DNA of 62,086 nucleotides from IMG/VR virus record IMGVR_UViG_3300008120_000239, positions 1 through 62,086 of that record. The stretch is one strand, 5' to 3'. Below are positions 20,352 to 31,347 of the stretch, in pieces; positions within the stretch are counted from its first letter, which is position 1, and each line of letters starts with the position of its first letter. Position numbers and translations under genes: made by a program. Under the pieces are notes generated by a model. It did not search any database, was not told where the DNA came from, and saw only the letters and a program-made list of their open reading frames with translations. This stretch comes from a virus. Lineage: Duplodnaviria > Caudoviricetes.

Positions 20352-23300
20352 TTATTTTTGTATTTGTGGGTTTCTTGGATCAGTTGCTGATATAGCAGAA
20401 CCTATTATCGCTTGTGATGTTGTGAAACCTAAGTCAGGTCCTAAATTTGGTACATTTGCATTTGAGCCTGACCAAGCTAAAACCCAAGGAAAAGACCTAA
20501 TAAACTGTGATGAAACAGGGTAATTTAAATACTTGTTTGTACCCGTTATTTTACCTTCTTGTAAATATTTAGGTGAAAATAATTTTCTATTGGCCATATA
20601 TGGTGCAGCTGTATCCAATTTTATAATTCTTGGTGCAGTGTCTTTCATACCATACATATTTTTTGACATTGCATCTGGTTGAGCTATAGAGCCAGTTAAA
20701 AAGTTATTTCTAATAAATGTTTTGTAATATTCACTTTCAGGGAAAACTCCATTGTATTTCAAATAATTTAAATCATTGTATTCATATGTTGGATCTTCGT
20801 AATTTTCATGTATCTTTTGATATTCAGAATCACTTGTGTTTGAATTATAAAAAGATATGGCCATATTATTAACTTTTTTGTATGGATATGGGTAATCATT
20901 ACATCCTACAAATTCACGATTTCTTTTTGCACTTTCAAATGCGGTTGGTGGTTTATAAAAAGCACCTTCTTTGGTATTGACTAATACCTTATCTGCAAAT
21001 TTTGGATTTGCATATTTTATTACAGTGTTGTAATAATAATCAGTTTCGTAGTTTGACACTTGATTATACGTAGTATCTTCTATAAATGCCCCATTATTAC
21101 CTCTGTCAAATTTTGTATTTAATTCTGGGAAATTTCCAAATAGTATAGTTTTTGATTTTATAGATTTATTTTTATTAGCATTTATATTTGCATCATACAT
21201 AGATGATTTCATTTTCAACCCATCTTTTGATAATTCAGACTTTACCAAAGTTGTATATGACCTATAATACATCTTGGTATCTCTCGGTGCAACTGCTTTC
21301 AATTTCATATTTTTTGACGTAAATTTAGCAGATGAATCGGGTAAAGCGTTTATATCACCTATTTTTATTTTTTCATCCGTATCTGTCTGTATTTGTGGTT
21401 CTATATCAGTCTCACCCCCATACATATTTACTTCTAACGCATCACCTTCTTCAAAACCTATAAACAATACAGTATTTTTTGAATTATATTGTGCATTTGT
21501 TTTAGGCATAGTATCTATGACATCGGTTTCGGAAACATAATCTTTCGTTTCAGCTGTCATACCTTTTACTGAAAGGACTTTTGATCTTTCCAATATATTT
21601 GGTTCTATTACCAATCCCAATAATTCATTGACCCTTGCTGGAAGAGTCTGTGCTATTTGCTCAAATACACTTAAATCGAATTGTGATACTATGCTTATGT
21701 ATGCATTGAAATCGTTTTTATTATCATATTTTTTCCAATATTCCTCAGCGAATCGATTTAATTCAACATATTCATCTGATTCTATTGTGGAATAATCTCC
21801 AATATATTCACTTAAATCAACATCACCAATTGCTTCATATATGTCTTCATTTATTATATTTTGTGGGGAAAAGGCAACCATCAATTTATTTGAATCCGAA
21901 GCATTCATCTGTAAGGATGTCTGCTCATATGAACTGTTCATACTTAGAGCACCACTTAAAGTTGAATTATCTATCCTAACTTTTTGTGAATAATCCGTAT
22001 TGGCACCCAAATTTGCAGTGTCCATATTGTAAACTTCAGTTATAGATTCAAACGAATTTATTGTAAATCCACTTAAATTAGCATCCTTTGGTGAGTTATA
22101 GAACGTATTTTCTTTTTGATTTGGATGTGAGCTTGATATAATCTGTGTTTTCTGTAAATCTATAGGCTGCCAAAATTTCCATTGTGCTTGTAAGTCATAG
22201 AATGAAGACGTTGGTGTATTACCATTATAAGCTCTTGCAGCTAAAACATGGTTGTTAAATGATTCTTCACTTAATTGATTACTCCAATATCGCAATTCAA
22301 ATACAGATCCAAATAAATTATTACTTGTTTCTACGTTTGAACCATTTCCTATGTATAATTTACCATCAGATGACCATGACTGATTATAGTTTGATTCCGA
22401 TGAACCACTTATGAATATACTTGCACTTCTTTCTACGGATAATTTTCCATATTTTTCAGTCTTTACTATGAAGTCATATTGTTGATTTAATGATATATTA
22501 TCATTTGTAGAACTTCTTCTTATCATTAAATTTATAGGAACATCATCATAAAAGTATTCATCGTATATTGAGGCTGATTTATACGTTGTGCCATCACCCA
22601 AATAAAATGTTAAACTCCCTTTTCCAACATCAGTTCCATTTTTATTTACAGTTACAAACCAATCTACGTTTGAATCGGATTCTTTTTGTAGTAATGTTTG
22701 ATTTTCGTATCCAGCATAACTGTATAGTTTTTCTGGATTCATTTTAAATCTGAATGTTAGTGTGTCGGGATAAACCCATGATTCATTGTATTTAACTTTT
22801 TCCCAAGGAGTTTCTATGAATTGAGTAGCAGTTAAATCGGTATATCCTAAAAAGTTTAGATAATATGTTGCCTTTTCATAAACGTTTTTGCCTAATTCCA
22901 AAGAATTAGGATTGTATGCACCACCATATTCTCTTATGGATATTAATGTTTGTGGTATGCCATATGCTGCCAAAAGAGCCTTTATACCACGAGAAGTTCC
23001 TTTTGTTTTTTGAATATATGGTAGATTATTTAATATTCTACGCCAAACTTCTTTGGTTCTTTCTTCCTCTGTCTTATTGTATTTTTGACCTAAGATATTA
23101 AAAGAAGGATCATATTCAGAAGTTACCCCCAAAGCGTATGACCACAAATCTTTATCTTGTATATTACTTGATAATTTCCAACCAAAATTATTTGTGACAG
23201 CTTGAACTAAATCTTGTGACATTTCATTTTTGGGGTTTTCATCCCGTATATTTTTCTTTAAAATATGATTTATGTATGTATAAATTACATCAAAATGATG

Positions 23301-24659
23301 TCCAATCATATTTACAAAAGTTTGAAATTGCTCGTTTTGAGCATCAGATTTTACGTGCTCAGGTAATACAGCATACAACGAACTTCTATTGTTTCTATCA
23401 TAATCTTCAGCTAAAGTTGATAGTTTGTTATACCATTCAATCGTAATAGCATCTGTTGTTTTAGCTAACCTAAATTTACCAGCCTTTGATGTAAAATCTG
23501 CTAAATCAAATACTGATGTCTTTGGGTATGGATTTATGAAAGTTTCAATGTCTGTATATTCTTCGTAATATAACCACTTTTCCCAATCATCAAAACCACC
23601 TAATAACTTATCACGTAAATTTGTTATGGTTATAACATTGGTTTCTAATTCTTGAGCAGAACCTATTATTCCAGCTAAACTATCCAATTGTTCTTTATAT
23701 TTTTCCAACAATTGCATTTTATAGAAAAAGTTTTCTACTCGTTCTTTAGCTGAAGAATAAAATACAAAGTTTTGGAACGCTGTATAGTCTATGTTCAATC
23801 TTACTGAAGCATTATCACCATATATGTATTTATTTAGAATTTCCTGTGAGGTGTTTACATTTTCGGATAGTAGTTCATTCCAAGATTTTAGTTCTGTATC
23901 GGATGTTATATTGTAAGTACTTTCAACTCTATAATTAGGACCCCTAAGTTTATTTGGATTTTCACCCATGTCTAACGGTACATCAACCAATTCAAGTTGG
24001 TCAATGTATGGTTTTAGTATTTGTGATTGTACCCAACATTCCGATCTTAGGTCTAAATAATCAGGTAATCGAGTAAATAATTTAACGTAAAAATAATTTA
24101 AACTACCATCGGATGTTACGTTTATTATGTCTATTAATCTATTTTGACCAAAATTCAATACAGTACTTGGCAGATATTTTTTTGGTCTCATATAGTCCAA
24201 TACAAATTCTGCTAAGTTGGTTTGTTGTAAGCTGTCATTTGGATTAGTTAAAGACAAAACCAATTCTTGTCTATTTCTAGATATTTCTGCTATGAATAAT
24301 TTAGTATCCGCTGTTCTTGACGATACCAAATTTCTCAAGAAATTATAAGCAAATCTATAAGATCCAATGGGTAAATTAAAAGGTTTTATATCGTTAATTA
24401 CATCTAAGTATATTTCGGATGGATCATTAAGATTATCAACATTCCATGTTTTAATATCATACAGAGAACCTATGTAAGCTGTATTTCTATAATACATGTG
24501 AAGTTCTAATGAATCCTTTTCTACTAAATTTATTGGATCATCGAAAGTATAGAGTAACGGTACTATAACTCTACGTGATTTATTTATAGAATAACGAGAA
24601 CCACGTATTCCACCCGTAGATGCGAGTATATCATTTATATTTTGATACAAAAAACTCAT
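20352..24659 (-). CDS. Large baseplate wedge protein (P2 gpI/T4 gp7-like core)
   Basis: ILNNLPYIQKTKGTSRGIKALLAAYGIP...IREY motif; lies in the baseplate cluster. Confidence 0.7.
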   Translation of the reverse strand: MSFLYQNINDILASTGGIRGSRYSINKSRRVIVPLLYTFDDPINLVEKDSLELHMYYRNTAYIGSLYDIKTWNVDNLNDPSEIYLDVINDIKPFNLPIGSYRFAYNFLRNLVSSRTADTKLFIAEISRNRQELVLSLTNPNDSLQQTNLAEFVLDYMRPKKYLPSTVLNFGQNRLIDIINVTSDGSLNYFYVKLFTRLPDYLDLRSECWVQSQILKPYIDQLELVDVPLDMGENPNKLRGPNYRVESTYNITSDTELKSWNELLSENVNTSQEILNKYIYGDNASVRLNIDYTAFQNFVFYSSAKERVENFFYKMQLLEKYKEQLDSLAGIIGSAQELETNVITITNLRDKLLGGFDDWEKWLYYEEYTDIETFINPYPKTSVFDLADFTSKAGKFRLAKTTDAITIEWYNKLSTLAEDYDRNNRSSLYAVLPEHVKSDAQNEQFQTFVNMIGHHFDVIYTYINHILKKNIRDENPKNEMSQDLVQAVTNNFGWKLSSNIQDKDLWSYALGVTSEYDPSFNILGQKYNKTEEERTKEVWRRILNNLPYIQKTKGTSRGIKALLAAYGIPQTLISIREYGGAYNPNSLELGKNVYEKATYYLNFLGYTDLTATQFIETPWEKVKYNESWVYPDTLTFRFKMNPEKLYSYAGYENQTLLQKESDSNVDWFVTVNKNGTDVGKGSLTFYLGDGTTYKSASIYDEYFYDDVPINLMIRRSSTNDNISLNQQYDFIVKTEKYGKLSVERSASIFISGSSESNYNQSWSSDGKLYIGNGSNVETSNNLFGSVFELRYWSNQLSEESFNNHVLAARAYNGNTPTSSFYDLQAQWKFWQPIDLQKTQIISSSHPNQKENTFYNSPKDANLSGFTINSFESITEVYNMDTANLGANTDYSQKVRIDNSTLSGALSMNSSYEQTSLQMNASDSNKLMVAFSPQNIINEDIYEAIGDVDLSEYIGDYSTIESDEYVELNRFAEEYWKKYDNKNDFNAYISIVSQFDLSVFEQIAQTLPARVNELLGLVIEPNILERSKVLSVKGMTAETKDYVSETDVIDTMPKTNAQYNSKNTVLFIGFEEGDALEVNMYGGETDIEPQIQTDTDEKIKIGDINALPDSSAKFTSKNMKLKAVAPRDTKMYYRSYTTLVKSELSKDGLKMKSSMYDANINANKNKSIKSKTILFGNFPELNTKFDRGNNGAFIEDTTYNQVSNYETDYYYNTVIKYANPKFADKVLVNTKEGAFYKPPTAFESAKRNREFVGCNDYPYPYKKVNNMAISFYNSNTSDSEYQKIHENYEDPTYEYNDLNYLKYNGVFPESEYYKTFIRNNFLTGSIAQPDAMSKNMYGMKDTAPRIIKLDTAAPYMANRKLFSPKYLQEGKITGTNKYLNYPVSSQFIRSFPWVLAWSGSNANVPNLGPDLGFTTSQAIIGSAISATDPRNPQIQK

Positions 24660-25264
24660 CAGATATTGCTTCCAGTATTATTTGTTATTATATTCATAGT
24701 GTTCACTAATTGAGCGGTTTGTTGTCTTGTTAATTCTTCTAATTGTCTCATACTAGAAGTTGTTGCTGTTGCCAAAGATTGCAATGATTGTCTTAATTGT
24801 TGTATTTCTGCATCTTTTTGTGCTATTAAGGAGTCTTTCAATTCCATTTCAATAAATTGTTCATCTATCTGTGCATCACGTTCTCTTCCAGCTGAATCGT
24901 AGAATTCATTTTCTTCTGTTAATCTTTGTATTTGAGAACGCAATCCTGCTAATGAATTTTGATTTTGATTTATTAGATTATTCAAACTACTAAAAAATGA
25001 GTTTGCAGTTATACTTGCTACCTCTTCTTCGGATACATCATTTTCTGTTCTTGTAGCATCTAATGAATTAGCATATGCTCTCAATACATAATCCTCAGCG
25101 GCTGTGGCTGATGGTAAATCTTTGAATCCAATATCAACAACATATGAAAAATCATCCATAGTATAACGTTCATCGAAGACTGGTAACTTTACATTACCTG
25201 TTACTGTTTCGGTTTTATTTATTACAACTCTACCTAACTTATTACGTCCTAATTTATCATTCAT
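24659..25264 (-). CDS. Hypothetical coiled-coil protein in baseplate operon
   Basis: Translationally coupled ORF with heptad-like C-terminal half. Confidence 0.6.
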   Translation of the reverse strand: MNDKLGRNKLGRVVINKTETVTGNVKLPVFDERYTMDDFSYVVDIGFKDLPSATAAEDYVLRAYANSLDATRTENDVSEEEVASITANSFFSSLNNLINQNQNSLAGLRSQIQRLTEENEFYDSAGRERDAQIDEQFIEMELKDSLIAQKDAEIQQLRQSLQSLATATTSSMRQLEELTRQQTAQLVNTMNIITNNTGSNI

Positions 25265-26367
25265 CGTGTAACCTTAAAGTAGTGGTTGTTATCAAATATT
25301 TGTACGTTGTCACCATTATCAGATTCTACTTTAACAACCACTCTATAAAATCTCTCAGGTTGAAAAGAATTCATCCAAATATTAAAGTAACTACTATTAC
25401 CATCACAACTTATCTTAGTGCCTTCTTTTGAAAATGGCACATATATCTCATCTGTGTGAGCATCTCTTATTTCATAGTAAGATGTTTCTGGAAGGTAGTA
25501 ATTAACCGTGTAGTATGATTCTGTTGTATATGTTTTTAATGGATAACGTGTGTTTGCATATATTCTTATTTTAGCCTTTTCATTTATTGAATAATACTTC
25601 TTTAATTTAACGTTTAAATTCATATTATCCAAATTAACTACACTTAAACTACCCGTATCGAAGTTGGAATCATCCCAAACAACATGTAGTTTTGGAACAT
25701 ATATCGTATTACTATCTGTACTAAAGAATTTTATGGTTGACGTGTCCTCCAATAAATCTTCAATATCTTCACTGAATTTTACCAAAAATCCTTCATTTGG
25801 TATCGTTGATGAACCACTAATCCATGAATTAACTATATTTGTGACATCCATATAAACATCGGAAGTTTGATATGAAAATGATTCTGAAGCTACGAGATTT
25901 TGTGTGTTCCACCATGTGCCACCACCATACTTTGAATCATATTCCCCTATCACATCGGGATTCAAACTTTGTGTAACATTCCATTGTAATCCGATTTGCT
26001 TTGATGATCTGTATTTCCACGATACACCATCCGTTGTTGTCCTTCTGTTTGCCTTATGTCCAGTCCCATTTGTCCATGATTCGCTAACAGGATAAGCATA
26101 TATCTCATATTCTTGTGGTATATCTTGAACATCCACAGTTTTTAATTCCAAATAATATTTTGTTGAATTATATGGTATTTTTCCAGAATCCAAATATTCT
26201 TTTAATTTTTTGAAATCAAATTCTATGAGCAATCTACTATTGTATATTGGGGAATTTAATCCAGCTGATTCATGTGACAACTCTAATACTGCATCTATAC
26301 CAGTATTCATTGTTTCTGTTTTTTCATAGATGGTTGCATCTCTATTAGCATACATTGTATAAATCAT
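25261..26367 (-). CDS. DNRLRE-domain structural protein
   Basis: DATIYE...NTGIDAVLEL...SRLLIEFD...YPVSESW.NGTG...MDVTNIVNSW...NEGFLVK...PKLHVVW. Confidence 0.7.
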   Translation of the reverse strand: MIYTMYANRDATIYEKTETMNTGIDAVLELSHESAGLNSPIYNSRLLIEFDFKKLKEYLDSGKIPYNSTKYYLELKTVDVQDIPQEYEIYAYPVSESWTNGTGHKANRRTTTDGVSWKYRSSKQIGLQWNVTQSLNPDVIGEYDSKYGGGTWWNTQNLVASESFSYQTSDVYMDVTNIVNSWISGSSTIPNEGFLVKFSEDIEDLLEDTSTIKFFSTDSNTIYVPKLHVVWDDSNFDTGSLSVVNLDNMNLNVKLKKYYSINEKAKIRIYANTRYPLKTYTTESYYTVNYYLPETSYYEIRDAHTDEIYVPFSKEGTKISCDGNSSYFNIWMNSFQPERFYRVVVKVESDNGDNVQIFDNNHYFKVTR

Positions 26368-28262
26368 TAGAATGACCTCGATTTTCCAATTATATCATTA
26401 TCGGGAAATTTTATTTCAAAAATTGATGGATCTAATGATGGGAATATTATTCCGTCTTTAGTTGCTGTTTGAATATCATATACGTGTTTTGAATATCCCA
26501 AAGATTCATCATGTTTATTTATTACTCTAACATTTACAACAGTCTGTACACCTTCTACCCTATCTAATTCCGTATAGACATTACTCAAAACTATAGGTTG
26601 GTTTATTTGCCATTTTTTAATATCAAAATATTCTTTAAGTTTGTTTATACATCTCAGAACAACTTGATTGCCGTTTTGATTTGGTAATGTTACTATTTCA
26701 AACTCAATTCCAATGTTTATAATATATCCATCTTTTATGGATATACCATCTGTCATTATTCTGAACTGATCTAAGTATGTTTTTAAGTTTTCCTTCGTTG
26801 TATCACTAACGGGAATCAAATTTTGATTACCATTATAACCTAAAATGTAAAAACTAATACCTAATTGGTTTGGCATAACGTCACCATTACCATTCGTATT
26901 ATATCTTATATCATCATCTTTTGTAACATAAGCTTTAGAAATTGAACCATATCTTGCTGGAAGAGTGTAAGCCCTAAGTATGTAGTCCTCTTTTGTAACT
27001 GCTCTATTTTGAGAAGCAAAATGTGCTAATGCATTTTGACGTATTTCCTCTAACTCATCCCCAATTTTACCGCCAGTTGATGGAGATGGATTAGTTACAG
27101 CTATACTATTGACAACCTGAGAATATAATGTTGAGTCTAATCCAGTTTCATCTATTAATAGTGATTTTGTGATTACACGAGTTACTGTATCCGCTCCAAC
27201 ATTATCTTGTGGTCCACCACCTACGGTATATCGTATTGTTATTGTTGTATTACTAGGTGCCAGTCCATAAGTTTTTGTGTATAAAAAATTAGCGGGGTTA
27301 ATATCGTTTGATAAATTATTGCCTATATTATTTAGACCACCACTTATTAAATCTGGATTTGGTATAAGTATTTCATCATCTAAGTTGCTGACACCTGAAC
27401 CAAACTGTATCTCAAAAGCACCTTCAGCAGTTTGTCTTGACGTAAATCGTCTTGGTACTTTTCTTAATTTAAGTAAATATGGTGCTTGGTCTCTATCTTT
27501 ACTTAAAAACTTATCGTTTCTTGGTATATTTGGTACAGGTTCAAAAATAGTATCTTGTGCCAAATATGGGACATGATACCATATATTTCCATCGGTATCA
27601 GTTCCATCCAATATTTCTATTAAATTTGGCTCATTTATCACTACTTTGGTATATGGTTGTGGACTTGAAAATGTAAATCTTTTTGATGCAACAACACCTG
27701 ATATTGCATTTACAGATTTTTTTAACAACCAAAAATCTACAGTTCCATTAACGTCATTAACTTCAAATGGTGTTATTTCTGTTGGATCTAAACTACTACT
27801 ATATCTAAAATCAAGATAATCAACAGTTCGGAATCTAACTGTTGTTGCATTTACATCGGAAGCAACTATCATTCCTTCCTCTATAGCAACTGCATAATTC
27901 CAATCTGGGACTAATATACCATCTTCATCTTCTATTGATGGTATTACTTGAAATACATCCAATTTAACAACAGCTGCTACTCTATTTTTTGGTTTATAAC
28001 CCATTGATTGGGCTATGTTTATAACATTTTGACGTTCTATTGCATTTGTTATTAAAGATTCTTGTAATGTTACATCAGTATAATATGACAGAACATCACC
28101 AACATAAGATGCCATCTCTAAAAAAAGCATTCCAGGAGAAGCTTCGTTAAAATCTTGGTATGTATTAGGGAAATATGTTTTACTAAAATCTATCAAATTT
28201 GCTTTAATAGAGTTAAAATCTTTTCCCAAATATCTAACATCTTTTTTTATTAAATCAGCCAT
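26367..28262 (-). CDS. Baseplate wedge subunit (T4 gp6/baseplate J-like)
   Basis: YLGKDFNSIKANLI, DFNEASPGMLFLEMASYVGDVLSYY, QNRAVTKEDY. Confidence 0.85.
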   Translation of the reverse strand: MADLIKKDVRYLGKDFNSIKANLIDFSKTYFPNTYQDFNEASPGMLFLEMASYVGDVLSYYTDVTLQESLITNAIERQNVINIAQSMGYKPKNRVAAVVKLDVFQVIPSIEDEDGILVPDWNYAVAIEEGMIVASDVNATTVRFRTVDYLDFRYSSSLDPTEITPFEVNDVNGTVDFWLLKKSVNAISGVVASKRFTFSSPQPYTKVVINEPNLIEILDGTDTDGNIWYHVPYLAQDTIFEPVPNIPRNDKFLSKDRDQAPYLLKLRKVPRRFTSRQTAEGAFEIQFGSGVSNLDDEILIPNPDLISGGLNNIGNNLSNDINPANFLYTKTYGLAPSNTTITIRYTVGGGPQDNVGADTVTRVITKSLLIDETGLDSTLYSQVVNSIAVTNPSPSTGGKIGDELEEIRQNALAHFASQNRAVTKEDYILRAYTLPARYGSISKAYVTKDDDIRYNTNGNGDVMPNQLGISFYILGYNGNQNLIPVSDTTKENLKTYLDQFRIMTDGISIKDGYIINIGIEFEIVTLPNQNGNQVVLRCINKLKEYFDIKKWQINQPIVLSNVYTELDRVEGVQTVVNVRVINKHDESLGYSKHVYDIQTATKDGIIFPSLDPSIFEIKFPDNDIIGKSRSF

Positions 28263-28275
28263 ATTAGTGTGTTCT

Positions 28276-28758
28276 CTATGTTATTGTTAAGGTTCCAGTA
28301 TCCGATATAAGTATCCTAACTGGCAAATATATGTTAGTTCCTGTTATAAATAGTGTTAAACTGATAGCAACAGCATGGTGTGGTTCACTCACTCTGCCAT
28401 CGTCTGCAACATTCACTTCCATATCAACTTCACTTATAGCAACATAAGGCATCCACATGGTTAATGCGGTTCTTATTTCACCCAACAGTGACTCTTTGAA
28501 AGTTAATTCATCTGTTATTTGTTCAAATAGATAATATTCCAAGTCTGTTCCAAAATCGGGTTGCATTATTCTTTCACCCTTTTTTGTCATTAATAGATTT
28601 TTAAGATTCGATAATACTTGTTCAACGTTTGTATAACTCAAATTAAACACACCATTCTGATTATTGAACGGTAATGTTACACCAATAGGTTTAGTGTCTT
28701 TTATATTTACCGCAGTATCAGTTACGGTTGAGTATATTTTACGTCTATTTTTTATCAA
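28276..28758 (-). CDS. Baseplate wedge protein gp25-like
   Basis: NLKNLLMTKKGERIMQPDFGTDLEYYLFE...WMPYV. Confidence 0.9.
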   Translation of the reverse strand: MIKNRRKIYSTVTDTAVNIKDTKPIGVTLPFNNQNGVFNLSYTNVEQVLSNLKNLLMTKKGERIMQPDFGTDLEYYLFEQITDELTFKESLLGEIRTALTMWMPYVAISEVDMEVNVADDGRVSEPHHAVAISLTLFITGTNIYLPVRILISDTGTLTIT

Positions 28759-28761
28759 CTA

Positions 28762-29202
28762 TCATCTCCCTTTCTTTTCATCTATTTTCTTCATAAGATC
28801 AGAGTAGTTACGAGTCAAAGCGTTCATAATATCCTGTGGTACGTCATTTGGTGAAACACCATTTGGTACAGCAGCTGAAGTTCTACTGTTTACGAAAGAG
28901 TCTACTGAATTTGAATCCATGTATATCGTATCGTCATCCATCATGTAATTTTCAGATAAAGATCTTCTTGTTTCTTCCAATAAATCATTTATATTTGAAT
29001 ACTTTTGATTAGTTACTTTTGGCGATTTATTTTTTGAATTTACTACACTCTTAGCACGTTCAATTAACTCAGCGTCACGTGATTTTTTTTCCGTCACAAC
29101 ATCGTTTTTTGTATTAGAGTTTGCCAATTTTTTATCGAGAGCATAATCTATTTCTTCTCGTATTATCTCTCGTATTTTTCCAAAAAACTTTTTTGAATCC
29201 AT
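28762..29202 (-). CDS. Hypothetical protein, possibly virion-associated
   Basis: N-terminal IREIIREE; ATATTTAT motif upstream. Confidence 0.55.
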   Translation of the reverse strand: MDSKKFFGKIREIIREEIDYALDKKLANSNTKNDVVTEKKSRDAELIERAKSVVNSKNKSPKVTNQKYSNINDLLEETRRSLSENYMMDDDTIYMDSNSVDSFVNSRTSAAVPNGVSPNDVPQDIMNALTRNYSDLMKKIDEKKGR

Positions 29203-29256
29203 TTTTTATGCCTTTATAGTTTACGATACTAATAAATATAATTTTTTGAGTTTTTA

Positions 29257-30183
29257 TTACCAACAATACACAAAATGCCAATCTTCACCTTTCGCATCAC
29301 CCCAAAACCAACCCCACTTATGCCCATTATTTGTTACCCATTTTTTCTGTTTACTTGCACTTGCACCATATCCAATATCCATAGCTCTACCCCAACCGTG
29401 ATTTGAATGTCCTGGTCTTCCTACTCTTTGAGGATTTTTTCCGTATTTATTCCAAAGATAAAGTTGATAGTTGTAATCTCTATAACAGGAATACGGTACT
29501 AAATTTACACCCTCTTTTTTAGCAGCTTCACGCATTTTTATCCAAGAATTAACACAGTCAACGTGTAACTTGTTATTTTTACCAACTGCTCCAGGTGCTA
29601 CTGCTAAAACTCTATTTGGTAAATCTGCATTTTTTTCGCCTGGTTTAGGTCTACCCATCACTTTTGCTAAACGAGTATCTATATTTTTAATGTTTTCAGT
29701 TCCAGGCAGTATTGCGTATGTCCAACCATGAGGATGGCCTTGATTTGTAAACGTATAATTTCCCGATTTTTGTACAAAGGTTGATGGTGTTCCATACGCT
29801 GAATTATCAACGGGTTTATTAGATTGATCTAATGAACCATCTTCAGCAGTTACAACATAGGTTGATGATATTTTAGATTTTCCACTATAACTTTTTCTAT
29901 AATCCGATGGTTGTACAGTATAAACCTGTCTTTTATATTCATTTTTTTCTTTTTTTGGTCTTGCTAAAACAACTTCCTCTTGTTCCCAAGGATATGGGCT
30001 TCTACGTTTGTCTGATTCTTTTCTTATTTTTTTTATGCGTTGTTCGTAAATTCCTTCAGTATATGATGTTGTTCTATCGTCTATCACTTCAGGTTTGAAT
30101 GACGCCAATGGTGCATAATCTAACAAAGCTTTTGCATTTTGGTCAGAAATTTCGGAGTTTTCTCTTTTTATATCTCTATCCAT
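29257..30183 (-). CDS. M15-family (VanY-like) D,D-carboxypeptidase with N-terminal leader shared with the upstream gene
   Basis: SCYRDYNYQ, PGHSNHGWGRAMDI, EDWHF. Confidence 0.85.
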   Translation of the reverse strand: MDRDIKRENSEISDQNAKALLDYAPLASFKPEVIDDRTTSYTEGIYEQRIKKIRKESDKRRSPYPWEQEEVVLARPKKEKNEYKRQVYTVQPSDYRKSYSGKSKISSTYVVTAEDGSLDQSNKPVDNSAYGTPSTFVQKSGNYTFTNQGHPHGWTYAILPGTENIKNIDTRLAKVMGRPKPGEKNADLPNRVLAVAPGAVGKNNKLHVDCVNSWIKMREAAKKEGVNLVPYSCYRDYNYQLYLWNKYGKNPQRVGRPGHSNHGWGRAMDIGYGASASKQKKWVTNNGHKWGWFWGDAKGEDWHFVYCW

Positions 30184-30187
30184 TGTT

Positions 30188-31336
30188 TTATCCTCTTAAT
30201 CCTGGTAGTTGAAATATAACAGGTTCTTTTCTCCAAATTCCATTCGGATATTTTTTTATCCATGAATTGTCGGATACACCATACCATTTTCTAACAACAC
30301 TCAGTGTCATTTCTCCTCCTGTTGCCAATCCATCATTATTTAAATCCCAAAGTGGATTTTGTCTAAAAACTTTTGGTTTTTTTGATTTTGTGTATATCAC
30401 TTTGTTTGGATCTGATGTATTTCCTCCCGCAACCATAGTATAAGCTGCTACTAAATTACGTACACCGTTTTTTTTCCAACCACTTCTGCCTTGATAATAT
30501 TTCCTAACAAATGGCAATTGTTGAAACGCATCCGCTTGTTTTGGACTTGCAAAACCATGTTTTCTAAATAAACCCCATCCACCCGGAATCCATTGTATTA
30601 GTCCCTGTGCATTTGATACTCTATTTGTTGCAGTAGGCGAAAGTCCAGACTCAAATCCCATAACAAATATTATATGCCAAAATACAGCTCTCATTTGTAC
30701 ACACTCATCATACAGAGCACTCAACCAACGGTCTCCACCATTTTTAGCAACCTGTTTATGCCATCTTCCATTGCCAGCATACTGATACCCAGGATCTGCT
30801 TTTAATTCAGCAATTTCTCTTGACTTTTGTTGCGGGTTAGCTGGAGGAGCAGCCGCTAATGGTGATAAATTACCCAAAGTGTATGAACCCGCATCAGCTG
30901 CATTTACAAATGTGGTTTTACCACCCTTTAGTTTACCAATCACTCGTATTATATTTTTATTTCTTGTTACAACTCTTTTTCGTATAGTTTTATTACCATC
31001 CGTTCCTTCAACTGTTTCTACGATAGTTTCTGTTGATGGATCTGAGCTAAAAAATCCGTTTACATAATATGTTTTTCTAACATATGGTTGTGGATCTTGT
31101 GTGGATTTAGCTACGATATATGGACGTTCTTCTTCTTCCCAAGGATACGGTTGTCTATTTGATAATCTTTCCTCTCTATATTTTTTAGCACGAGTAACTA
31201 CATCATCAATTCCATCCAATGAAACACGTTCATCTACTATATCAGGTTTTTGTGTGCCTGTCGGTTTATATTCCAACAGTGCATCATAATCACTTTGTTT
31301 CATTGGTGTAGAAGATTTTTTTATATCACGATCCAT
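30188..31336 (-). CDS. Lysozyme/lytic transglycosylase-fold tail hydrolase
   Basis: FESGLSPTATN...AQGLIQW...QQLPFVRKYY...QNPLWDLNNDG. Confidence 0.75.
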   Translation of the reverse strand: MDRDIKKSSTPMKQSDYDALLEYKPTGTQKPDIVDERVSLDGIDDVVTRAKKYREERLSNRQPYPWEEEERPYIVAKSTQDPQPYVRKTYYVNGFFSSDPSTETIVETVEGTDGNKTIRKRVVTRNKNIIRVIGKLKGGKTTFVNAADAGSYTLGNLSPLAAAPPANPQQKSREIAELKADPGYQYAGNGRWHKQVAKNGGDRWLSALYDECVQMRAVFWHIIFVMGFESGLSPTATNRVSNAQGLIQWIPGGWGLFRKHGFASPKQADAFQQLPFVRKYYQGRSGWKKNGVRNLVAAYTMVAGGNTSDPNKVIYTKSKKPKVFRQNPLWDLNNDGLATGGEMTLSVVRKWYGVSDNSWIKKYPNGIWRKEPVIFQLPGLRG

Positions 31337-31347
31337 ATTGTCTCTCG

